Source: Geosiphon pyriformis uo1 (taxonomy: Eukaryota; Fungi; Glomeromycota). Taken from it: 64,000 bases of DNA. Position numbers and translations under genes: made by a program. Each line of letters begins with the position of its first letter. Position 1 is the stretch's first letter. Positions 26,401-38,429 of the stretch are shown here, piece by piece. Below the pieces are notes generated by a model. That model saw only the letters and a program-made list of their open reading frames with translations, ran no database searches and was not told the origin of the DNA. The DNA lies in the NCBI GenBank assembly GCA_016748015.1, contig JAAOMT010000503.1, positions 794,305-858,304 on the forward strand. The letters run 5' to 3'.

Positions 26401-28987
26401 GAATCTCATCGTAAATAGTCAAAAATCCGGCGTTTACGATGCCCATATCCATCCCTAAGTTGAATATAATAAAGTTGTAAATAATTTCAGAGGACAATAT
26501 TTCGAGAAATTCAAAATTATGTGTGAATATTAAAGTACAAACCAGCTCTAATTGCATGATATAGAAAGACACTATGCATAGCTTCTCTGATTTTATCCAT
26601 CCCACGGAATGAAAAGGAGATATTCGATACACCACCGCTAATCTACAGGAAAATTGTATAAAAATCATTGTAATAAAATCAGAATGGAACAGTTATCATG
26701 ACAACTTACTTTAGCACCAGGTAAAGTTTTTTTTATCTGTCTGGCAGCTTCAATGAACTCTACTGCATAATTGTTGTGTTCCTCCATGCCCGTACAAATT
26801 GTCAAAATGTTAGGATCTAAGAATTTCAAATTATTAAGTTCAAAAATGGACAAAATAATCGGATTGACTTTTTAATTGCTTACCGAATATTATGTCATTT
26901 GGATTCAATCCCACAATTTGGGTAAGAATTTTGTAAGAACGTGTGCAAATTTCTATTTTTCGATCACATTCAGCTGCCTGTCCAATCTCATCAAACTATA
27001 TAACCATGAGTAAGAATAAAGGAAGTTAAAAACTACATGAATATTGAATAAGTGAGGAGGAAAAAGTTTAAAGATCCATTACAGCCATCACAACTACAGC
27101 GGCGCCAAAACGACGAATAATAGTTGCTTTTTTTATGAAATCCTCCTCTCCCTCCTTTAAACTAATACTGTTAACTATACATTTTCCTTGTGCACATTTG
27201 AGTCCAGCCAGAATAACTTCAAAATTTGAGGAATCAATCATTATTGGAACCTATTAAGTAGAATTCAATGAGATTGGTTAATATTTTTCTAAAAAGAGTT
27301 ATTTCAAAAGTAATACCAACTCTAGCAACGTCAGGGTCACTGGCTATCATATTAAGAAACTTTGTCATGGCAGCCTTTCCATCCAACATGCCTTCATCCA
27401 TATTGACATCTACAACCTGGGCGCCACTTTCAACTTGAGCTCTGGCAATGGCCATAGCATCTTCGTATTCATTTTTCAAAATGTGACGGCAAAACTTTCT
27501 GGAACCTGCCACATTACATCGCTCTCCGACATTCACAAAATTGGTTTCTTTGTTAATTTTAAGAATTTCTAATCCAGAAATAACCATATTATCTAAGGAG
27601 ATATCTTTCGGTGGAATCCGTGGGTCATACTTAGAACAAGCTTTCACAATGGCTTTAATGTGCTCAGGAGTGCTACCACAGCAACCACCAATTATATTGA
27701 CAAAGCCATCTTTTGCGAATTCAGCCACGGATCTTGCCATCATTTCCGGTGTTTCGTCATATTCACCAAAAGTATTTGGCAACCCCTGTAAAACAGGGAA
27801 TTAATTAATCAGGAAGTTATGAGGGTAAATTGCAGTCATTTGAATAAGCTTCGCACCGCATTGGGGTAACAGAGTATGAAAGAGCCCGAGAAGTTTGCAA
27901 TGTTTTTAATAAAAGGTCTCATCTGCTCAGCTCCCAAAGCACAATTTAATCCAATCGCCAAAGGGTGAGAACCGTTCACACTTATCACAAAGGCTTCACC
28001 CGTCTGACCGCTTAAAGTACGCCCGGACATATCAACAATAGTTCCTGAAATAAATATAGGGGTCCTTTTATAACCTGAATCAAAGAGAGTATCGATCGCG
28101 TAAAGAGCTGCCTATGTTCAGGGAGGTTATATATGCGGAATAGGTTGGTGATTGAGAAAAAGGAAGCAATCAAGAGGCGAATAGATGATACATGATAACA
28201 CACTTTAGCATTCAATGTATCAAAGATTGTCTCGACAAGCAGTATATCTGCACCACCATCTAAAAGTCCTCGAGTTTGTTCGGTATATGCTTCTACTAAT
28301 TCATCAAAGGTGACATTTCGGAAGGCAGGATTTTCGACGGAAGGAGATATTGAACAGGTGCGATTTGTAGGGCCTATAGCTCCACAAACAAACCTTGGTC
28401 GAGTTGGATCCTTGGCGGTCATCTTGAATAAATGACAAGATTTAATTCACATGAAATCCAATTGATCACAGTAATTTTTCGAGTGATTATTGATTTAATT
28501 AGGATTTTTCTTTCAAACGATACTATACTTCAAGACAAGCTTCTTTTGCGAGTTGTGCAGCGACTTTATTCATATCATAAGCACATTTCTCAGTTCCATA
28601 ATCACCCTGCGAAATACTGGTTGAAGAAAAGGTATTCGTTTCGACAAAATCAGCTCCAGCTTCAAGATATTGCAAATGAATATTTTTAATGTGATGCGGT
28701 TGAGTAAGCACCAATATATCATTATTCCCTTTGAGGTCATTTGGATGATCTTTAAACCGCTCCCCACGAAAATCTTCCTCAGACAAACGAAGATCTTGAA
28801 TCACAGTACCCATTCCCCCATCAAGGAAAAAAATTCGTTTAGATAATTCTTTTTGCAAATAAGCATTCACATCCGAAATTTCATTGGAAATTTTTCCGTT
28901 TATAATCTCAGTTTTAAAATTGCCATTCATAAAAAGGTTAGGGGAAGACTTCCTCTTTAATCCCCTGTTGTGAAATTTAGTTGCCAT
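23459..28987 (-). CDS. MTR: Cobalamin (B12)-dependent methionine synthase MetH, intron-rich, all four modules present
   Basis: Hcy domain LDGGMGT, ETNTF, GLNCALG, GGCCG; pterin domain [14 protein letters not shown]; B12-binding [15 protein letters not shown] and [10 protein letters not shown]; reactivation domain [16 protein letters not shown]; ends [11 protein letters not shown]. Confidence 0.96.
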
Positions 28988-29283
28988 TTTCAAGTTATGT
29001 AAATAAAATGGAATAAAAAGAAGGCAATTCACATAGGCAGAATAGTTCTGCTTTCTATAGTTTAAAGTGCGTAGCAAGGTAAAAGACACGAATTCAGCGA
29101 AATTCAAAGATTGGGAGACTGTTAAAAAACAAAAATGGGTCTTTTTAATAATAATGACGAAAAATAAAAAATTTTAATCTTCAATCTTTATTTCACATTA
29201 TTTAAATACTTTTTTTTATTAAAAAAATGATATGTAATAACATTAAATTAAAATTATTTATAAGATTATTTTGTTATGATTGA

Positions 29284-29290
29284 TGAGTCA
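29284..29290. promoter_or_regulatory. Gcn4/CpcA (AP-1) type site TGAGTCA about 300 bp upstream of MTR
   Basis: ATGAGTCAC in the 305-bp gap between the BNA1 stop and the MTR start. Confidence 0.4.
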
Positions 29291-29292
29291 CT

Positions 29293-30056
29293 TTATTTCG
29301 TAGTGTTAACGTACCCACACCCTTTACATGTGCGCAAGCTTACATCGTTAGCGTAACATTGAATTATAGGCTTCAATTGGGTCCCCAAATCATAACAATA
29401 AAAAGACTCGCGATAAACAATCTCTTTACATTTTTCACAATACCATTGAAGGATGTCTTTTAATTGGTGGTGGTAGTAGTAGTTAATGACATGATTTAAA
29501 AAAAAAGATCAAATAAGATATCCCAAAAAAATTTGATTCACCTATTTCTTCGGGCCTACGTTTTCTTTCAATTACAATCCCAATCGTATCCGGAAATCGA
29601 ACAGGGCTATGAGGAGTATCACCTTTATTTCACGATTGACATGTGTATAAAAAAATCAAAGAAAAATTTTAAGCACTACCCAAGTTTTATCACTTTCTTT
29701 CTTACCAGGTAACAAGAACATTTCTCCTTCGCAAATAGGTATATCGCGAAACTGTCCCTCTTCATCAACCACCTTTAAAATCATATCCCCTTTATATTGA
29801 TAAAACCATTCCTAGAAAGAAATTCCCATTCATGACTTTTTGATAACTTTATTAGAGTGTTAATTTATAAGCTTTGTTTCTTGCAATTTTTCACCTCTGT
29901 ACGATTAACATGGTAATCTGTCCGAGCATTTGGTCCACCAACTGCCATTATTATAAAATCACCCTTTTGTATTAGAAAGTTGCCAACAGGTGGTTGAAGT
30001 TTATCTTTATTATCCTCTACCCACTTGGGAAAATTTATTGGAGGAAGAATTGGCAT
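29293..30056 (-). CDS. BNA1: 3-hydroxyanthranilate 3,4-dioxygenase (kynurenine route to NAD+), 4 exons
   Basis: [51 protein letters not shown] and TCKGCG rubredoxin-like Cys pairs. Confidence 0.95.
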
Positions 30057-31356
30057 TACTTTAACGTTCAATGATCGAAAATAAGGAAGAATTCTGGAGT
30101 GAAAAATAAAAATATTTCAAATTTTTGTTTTGTGATGTTCCAAAAACGTGACTTGTTATTAACAAAATATTACTTTATTCGAAATTGTATATATTTTTTT
30201 TTAAATTCTATATTACAATTAAAAATTTTTTTTACTAATAAAGTGTTTTAATCTTAATTATATGCTAATTAATTTTGAATGCTAATATCTAAAAAAAAAA
30301 TTGGTTTGTTTAATTTTTGATAACTGTTTTTTAATTATTTTTAGCAAATTTTTTGCTTTTGAAATATTTGTAGCTGTAAGCATTTTATTTTAAAAAATAT
30401 ATTTTTACCAGTTATTAAAGCAATTATTTTAAGTATTTTTTTTTTGTTTAATAATTGTTAATAATTAATTTAAAAATTCAATATTTAAATAAATATAAAA
30501 TTGTCAATTAATTTTAACAAAATTGGTAATTAAAACTTTAAATATTAATTACTATATGTATTTATACAATTTAAATAATATTTTCTAATTAATTTTGCTA
30601 AACTTTAATTTTTTACTTAAAATATTCAAATTTTAACAAATTTTAATTGTTTTAATATGTTTATAATTTAATATTTATATTTAATTACACTTTAAATTAA
30701 AATAATAATAGTTAAATAATTAATTTATTATTTAATACCAAACAACTTAATAGATTGCTTTATGTTTTAAAATAATTTAATTATTAATTATTATTGTATA
30801 ATTATAATTATTATTATAAATTGTTATTTATTAATAATTAAATTTTAAATAACAAAATTTGAAAACTAAATTAAATAATAATTGTTTATATAAAACTTTT
30901 AATATATATATATTTATTAATAATTATTTAAATAATTATTTTAATTAAATAAATATATTTATAAAATTTTACTTTATATATTTTACTTATATTTTTGTAA
31001 TTAAATTTTTTGATAATTGATATTTATTTATTTATTATTATTTGTTTAATAAATTATTAAATTATTAAAAAATAAATTTATTATATTTAATAAATAAGTT
31101 TTAAATACTCTCTAAGAAAATACATTAAAATAAGTAATTTAAATTAAATGTAAATTATGTTTTTTTTATATATAACCAGTTATTTAAGCTAATTAAAACA
31201 ATATTATATTTTTATATAAACAAAAACCATATTGTTTACATTTAAAAAATAAACACAAATTATGTATATTAAAGTTAATATTAAAAGTTTTAACTATTTT
31301 AAGTAATCTAATTATCTTATTAAATAACACAAACATAAGATTAATAATAAATAAAA

Positions 31357-33442
31357 GGCTTGAAACTCAAAGCTAATTTACCTAGAGATTTTCTCAATGA
31401 AGCATTGTACCATTCTGAGTTGTATGATTTGAAGTTGTTTGGTTATTTACAGACTAAGTGTTTGCTAACTAACTTGGTTAATTTTGCCAACTTAAAGGGC
31501 ATCCTCAGCAGACTGTTCGAACACAGGGCTATGAATCTACAGGCCATCAGTTGGATGGTCTGGCAATCCTTAAGTTTTCCAGTCACATTATCAATCAATC
31601 TCACAAACTGCTTTCTGGCTAATGTAATCAACACGTTGTTGTTATATGGATCTTTCTTGATTAATAATGTCCCTAATGTTTTTCAATCTGGCATCGGAGT
31701 TTTTGTTGTGGATATATTGGATGTCAAAACCTACTTAAGTGTAGTTAAGTTGCTACGAAGGTTTGGCATTGTCTTTGCGAACCAGCTTCTAAACCATCAC
31801 AGCATGTGTTTCAAGTGGAGCATGTTTCGCAGATGGAAGAGATTGGACCCCAGGGGCCACATTCCTAATTGGTTTGTTTCTACAATTAAGTTTATTGAGG
31901 ACAGTGGTATGAATGGTAGTGATGCTGTAGTTTGTTGTTTCACTCCAAATGATTTCTTGTACAATTTTGGGTTCACTAATGAATGTCTTGTACAGTCTGG
32001 ATCTGGTATTATAGACATTTATACTAATGGCTCAGTTAAAAATTTGAGGTCTGTGGGTGCTTGTGGTGGTGCTGTTGCTTACTTCCCATGTGCCAACTTA
32101 GATGTAGGTGTTAGGATTTACAGTCTGCTGTCTTCAACTCTTGTGGAACTGCAAGCTATTGCTCTTGCTTTGGACTGCATTCCTGCTTTGAGCTCTGTTG
32201 TCTTGCACATGGATAGCCAGACTTTTTTGGATATATGTGCTTCTCTGAACTGTTCTGTTAACTCCAATTTTTGCAAAAATGCTAGATTAAGAAGGAACAC
32301 ATCTATTCTACTATCACTTCTAAGAATTTTTCAGTTGCTTGAGTCAAGATCAAAAGTCACTCTGGAATTGTTGGCAATGAGCATGCCAACTTTTTTGTGG
32401 ATGCTGCCACCGATTCGAAGTTTGTGCTGCCTATTAGTGTGATGCATCACTTTTTTGCTGTTAAAGGCAGACCTGTATCAAGTAATGCTCGTCGCTTTGT
32501 GAAGTGTCTGTTTGATGCTGTTAATTTTGTTGGATAGGAATCTAGGTGCACTGAATATGCTGTGAATCTTGATCTCAATGTGTGTTTTAATATGTGCTGG
32601 ACATTTAAAGTTTAGCATCCAGATGGTAGCATTTGCTCAGGCTTTTCTAGCTCTGCCTCTGCAGCACTCAGGTCTTATTTTATAAAGGCTCTACACCATT
32701 GTCTGTCTACTGCTAAAAGGAAGAGAGTATATAAGTTGAGTTATCCTAACATTTTATGCATCTGCTGCAGTCTTACCAATGATTCTAATCACATATTTTT
32801 ATGTAAGAAAGATTCTGACACCAAAAAGGAATTGATTTTTAATATGATCAGCAGTTGGACTGACATTCTGGGCACCGGCTATATTGGGTGCTCTGTGGTT
32901 TGATCTTTGTCAATGGCTGAATTGTTCAACTGCTTGTATATGGCTTTAGCCAAGGGTTTTGTTATAAAGGATTAGATGGATGAGACCATGAATGTGTTGG
33001 GTTCTGGATCCGATGGAGAATTGTTGATTGTCAACATGGTCTGTGACTTTGCTGCAGGCCACAGATCTGCTATCTGGGTGCCGAATGTCAGGCTGAGGGC
33101 ATATTACAAGAAGCACGGCCTTTTGCCGAGGGATAGATCTTTGGCACCTGTCATTTCTGGTTTGGTCTTTTGGTGGTCTTATAGAGAGATTTGTAATTTT
33201 AGTGTCAAATTGGGTATTCATATGTGTTTTGGCTTACATTCTGAGTTGGTGAATTTGCATTTTGGTTTTCTGCGTGACTTCCCTGTCATGGATAATTTAG
33301 GTGTATAATGTTGCTTTGATTGGCCCGAATGGCTGGTTATGTGTAGAAAGAGCATGAGCCATGCTTAATTTAGAGTCCTGTTTGATCTTATGTATTTAGG
33401 TAGTGGTTGGGCTACACTCATTAAATAAATAAATAAAAAAAA
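31357..33442 (+). mobile_element. 5'-truncated LINE-type non-LTR retrotransposon: ORF2 C-terminal part with RNase H and Cys/His motif, shared 3' module, A-rich tail; inactivated
   Basis: IYTNGS, STLVELQAIALAL, HMDSQ, KIKSHSGIVGNEHAN are decayed RNase HI motifs; stops and frameshift; 3' UTR 33309-33424 matches other copies. Confidence 0.85.
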
Positions 33443-34239
33443 TAAAATAAAATATTAAATTATTACATAGAATTAAATTTTTTTTATAATAATCTAATGT
33501 TTAAAATATGCAAACCAAATATTTTTTTATATACTAAACTTAAATTATATACAAAACTCATAATTTTAACAACAGCAATTTTGACATCTTTAAAAATAGA
33601 AAAAAATTTTAAATATCAATTTTTAAAATAAAATTTTTATACAGAATTATATATACTACAATATTAAAAAAACATAATAAAATTAACTAAAACATATATG
33701 ATAAAAATTTGCATAAATCAAATATAAATTTTTATAAATAGCAAAGTCTATTTTAAAAGAAAAAAAATGATCAAAAAGTTTTATTTTATTACTATTACCA
33801 ATAAAAAAAAACAAAAATTATAATAAATAGAAAATAGTTAATAACAAAATAAAAGATTATTAAAAGCATATAATACTAAAAATTTCAGAAATACTAACAG
33901 AAATTTGAGAAATTTGAGAAATACTAAAAATTTTAACAATAACTTAAAAAATTTTTAAAAATCTTATATTATAAAGATTTGTGTATATATAACAGAAATA
34001 TTAAAGTCAAAAAAGATAATTAGAAAACAAACAAGCTTGTTTTAAGATTAATCTAATTATTTTTACTTTAATTAAATTATAAATAATTAAAAATATCAAT
34101 TAAATTTTATTTTACTTATTAATTAATAAATTTAAAATTATTTTATTAAAATTTATATTATAGTTATTTTAATATTATTAGTATTATTATCCAAATAGAA
34201 AAACCAATTTAAAACTGTTGAAAAACATGATAACTATGT

Positions 34240-34420
34240 AAAAATATAAAATAACATAGAATAATACAAAATAATATACAATAATATAAAATAATGCAAA
34301 ATAGCATAAAATAATACATAATAATATAAAATAGTATAGAATAACTAGTAATAACATAAAATAATTAATTATAATATAAAAAAACAAAACAATAGCTAAA
34401 ATAGTAAACAATAGTTAATA
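34240..34420. repeat. Degenerate 10-bp minisatellite (AATAATAYAA-like)
   Basis: Periodic aataatacaa/aataatataa/aataatgcaa/aatagcataa units; explains the spurious hydrophobic ORF 34187-34411. Confidence 0.65.
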
Positions 34421-35199
34421 ATAATAAACAATTAAAAGCAATTTTATAAAACTAAAAAATATGTATAAAAATATAATTTAACAAATAAAAAAAACAGATT
34501 ATATAAGAATCAAATTAATATTTTTACTTTACTTTTAGTCTTAAAAATCTTTTTTTATTTTTTATTTTTCATATTCTAAATTTACCAAATAAAATATTAT
34601 TGTTTAATTTACAAGTCTATAATTTTAATGCTTTAATTATTAAGATTTAATTAATTGTTTTTGCTTATCTTTGTTCTAAATCAGATATAATTAGCATAAA
34701 TGTTTTTGAAATTTTAACAACTTAAACCAATTATTTTTGATTATAATAATTAATAAAATACTAATTTTTTATTTATTTTTTTTATTTTATTTTTTATTTT
34801 TTTTGTAAAGTAACAACATTGAGAATTGACTGTTTTAAAATTAAACTTTGTGATAATTTGGTAAAAAAAAAAGTTTTTCTTAGATTTAAATATTAATTTT
34901 ATCTTGTTAGCTTACCAAAAAAACAAAAAAAAACAAAATCAAATTTTAATAATTGTGCTTGACTAGCTTAAAAAAAAACACAACTATAACAACACAATTA
35001 AAAAAACATTATTTTTGTGTCTTATAACAAAAAAACTTAACAGATAAAATTTTAAACAAAAAAATCTTTAAAAATTAATAATCTACTTTATTACTAAAAC
35101 CAATTCATTTAAAAATTATTCTGCTTCTAATATTAAATTATAAACATTAAATATTACAATTATATCTTATCAAGTTTATCTATAATAGTATCTATTATG

Positions 35200-35585
35200 A
35201 TTATTTAATAATACTAAAACAAAAGTTTTTAATTATAGCTATTGACAAAATATTAATTATTGTTTTATTATTTAGTTATTATTATTTTAATTGAGTTTAC
35301 TAATTAAGTATAAAAAAAATGTTAAAATTATAATATTTAATAAAAAATGCCAAAAAAAAGCATAAACATAATTAAAAAACTAAAATTGCTTATCAAAAAG
35401 ATGTAAATATTAAAATAAACCAATTATTATGTCAAAAAAATTTCAAATTAATTATCAATTATTATCTATTAAATTTGTTCATTATACAAAAAAATTTTAT
35501 CCAAAAACTTTTTAAAATACATTACTATCAACCAAAATACTAAGTTATAAAACTATTATATTAGCCAAAAATTTATTCATAATAG
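35200..35585 (+). mobile_element. Highly decayed fragment resembling LTR family 2
   Basis: agctattgacaaaatatt, gagtttactaatt and cattatacaaaa..ccaaaaactttt align by eye with 57028-57345; boundaries uncertain. Confidence 0.4.
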
Positions 35586-36696
35586 TATTTTTTTTAGATA
35601 TACTATTACTTAAAACAACTTTTAAATTTATTACAAAAAGATTATTAACTTAAAAAATATTAAAATATATTATATTAAAAAACAAAACAAAAACTTCTTT
35701 TTTAAAAATTAATTCTTTAAAAATTTTGAAATATAAAATAAAAAAAAGTTTTTTTGTGTTTCAACTTAATTTTTAAGTTTAAATAACTTAATAAGTTAAT
35801 TAATTAAAGTTATATGTAAAAATATAATTGTTTTGCTTTTAAAATTAATTAAAATTAAATTTAATATATTAAACAATTTAATTATATATTAATTAAAGCC
35901 AGTTTTGGTAAATATATTATTATTAATATTAATTAAATAAAAAAAATCATAATTTATAATTAAATTTAAAATAAATATTATATTAATATAATTATAACAA
36001 AATTAATATAAATATTAGAAAAATAAGCTTTAAAATTAAAATAATATTTTAAAATAATTAATTGTTTTAGATTGAAAATAAAAAAATATGGTTTTTTTAT
36101 TTTTTTTATTTTTTTAATTATTTAAGTAAATATAAAAAAGCTATAAAAAAACAGTTTTGTTATTAGTTTTTTATTAAAAATTTTAAAAATAACTTAAATA
36201 AAAAAATTTTTTTTAAATCAAAAATAGTATTTTAATAACAGTTAAAAATTGCTTTATATTACTTAAAAAATAATATTTTAAAACAATATTATCTAATTAT
36301 TTTTATTTTAAAAAAAACTTTTTAAATATTAAAATTAGTGAAAAAATATTAAAAATAAAATTATAGCTATTTTATTTTTTGTTTAAATATAATTATAAAA
36401 ATAAAAAGTTATATTAAATAATTTATAATTTTTTTAATATTTTTTTGAATATATATATAATTGTAATTAAATATAAATTTATTTTAAATTAATTTATATT
36501 AAATCTATAAAAAAAAATTTATTTTAAAAAAACATCTTATATATAATTTAATTAATATATAATTGTTAATAATAATATTACTTATTTATTTAATAGTTTT
36601 ATATATTTAACTTAATATTAATTGATTAATACTTTTATAAAATAATTAATTAAGCATAAATATTATTGTTAAAAAATTATTACAATTTTCTATATT

Positions 36697-38240
36697 GTGG
36701 TGTGGGTTTTTTTTTCACCCATCTTCCAGTTTTGGGTGATATTAGTCCTTTAAACATTCTTGAATCTAGTGATTTTGTGTCTGTTTGTAATCATTTCTTA
36801 CAGGCTGGTACCAGCAGTTTGTCAGTATATACAGATGAGTTCCTTAGTAATTTGGACACAGCTAGCTGTAGAATTGGAGCTGCCATTTTTTTTGAGGATG
36901 TTAATTTGGGTTTAGGCATTGGTATGTCAGGCTTAATGTCATCTACTTTGGCAGAGTTACAAGCCATCGCACTGGCCCTGGAGTGTGTTCCTCCATCAAG
37001 CTCTGTTCAATTGTTTTCAGATAGTCAATCTGCTTTGGATGCTTGTAAATTGAAATTGGGTCTGATATGTCCTGGCTTTCATAATTTGTGTTGGATTAAA
37101 TGTTATCATATTGTCAATGTTATTCACAGTAAGGATTTAGGGGTTAGCTGGCATAAGGTAAGGAATCACTCTGGTATTTTGAAAAATGAGCATGTTGATG
37201 TGATTGCTGGTGCTGCTTCTCTTTCTGGTTGGTATCTTTCTTCCCGCTTAAGTAAACACTTTGTAATGGCTAATGGTAATGTTGTTTCTGGAAATTCCAG
37301 ATATTTTGTCCATGATATTTATTGTTCAGTTTGTTATGCTCACTGGAAAGTTGGTTCTGGCTCTAAGTTTTTGGCAGAAAGTTTGATTTCTGAGATTAAT
37401 TGGCTTCATTTGTCTTTGGTGTGGCATTCTGACTTGCATATGGCCACCAGTTTTACCAGTAGACTTTTAGCTAATACATGCACCTATTTTATGAAAGTTT
37501 TGCATCATTAACTGTCTGTTGCTATATAGAAATGCCTTTATAATAGACTTTATCCTAGTGTGTTGTACTTATATTGTGGTAACGTTGAGGTATTGGATTA
37601 TGTGTTTTTTTGTAGAATCAATGAATTTGTTCAATGTTGGTTGTTAGAATCTTGTGTAGATTCCTGAAAGGTGGTCTTTGGTTTCTCTCATTTTTCTTCA
37701 GGTGTATTGCAGCTGCTGTCATCCTGTATGTCTGATCCCTCTGTATTCACAGTTCTTTGTAAAAGTTTTGTTTTTAATGGGTGGTTTCACGAGGCTGTTT
37801 CCATCTTCCATGATCTCAAAGTTGCTGGTTTGGAGATTGTCAAATTTGTATGCTTTCTTGGTCTGGCTTTCAGAGAAGATGTTTGGTTAGTTCATGCTAA
37901 ACATCGAGCTTATATGGAAAAAAATGGGTTGATTCCATTTGACAGTTTGAATCTCATCTTAGTTTTTGGTCTGGCTTTGAGGTTTTCTATTGAAGTTGTC
38001 AAATTGCTTGATGTCACTGAAGCTTTTGGTATTCGGTTTGGCTTTTACAAATCTTGTTTGTTTTTTTCAGGTATAGGTGGTCAGGTTTCTGTTTACATAG
38101 CTGCATAATATTGTTTTAATTGGCCCAAGTGGCTGGTTATGTGTAGAAAGTGCATGATTTATGTCTAGTTTAGATTATTTCTTTGATGTATAGCACTAGG
38201 TTGTGTTTGGATTTCACTTGTTAAGTAAATAAAAAAAAAA
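36697..38240 (+). mobile_element. 5'-truncated LINE (RNase H to 3' end) with poly(A) and 13-bp TSD
   Basis: SVYTDEF, SSTLAELQAIALALEC, FSDSQSAL, KVRNHSGILKNEHVD; TSD aattttctatatt (36684-36696) / aattctctatatt (38239-38251). Confidence 0.88.
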
Positions 38241-38429
38241 TTCTCTATATTAATTTTCAAACTATATTTATTTTTAATCTAAATTATATTTGTAAAAATC
38301 TTATTTAAAGTTTTATTAAAAACAAAATATCTTATTTTAAATAAAAATAACTTTAATTTTTAGTTTTTTATACAAAGCAAAAAAAGTATTTATTAAAATA
38401 ATAACTTGGTTGTAAATACAAGTATTAAT

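Noticed and set aside
23459-28987. Bacterial contamination or recent horizontal transfer of metH
   Set aside because: Numerous canonical spliceosomal introns and a position among fungal housekeeping genes.
23459-30056. Metabolic gene cluster (MTR + BNA1)
   Set aside because: Unrelated pathways (methionine versus NAD+), and no other pathway genes nearby.
33309-33424. Hammerhead ribozyme or tRNA-derived SINE in the 3' module
   Set aside because: GAAA is present but there is no CUGANGA core, and no A/B boxes or cloverleaf.
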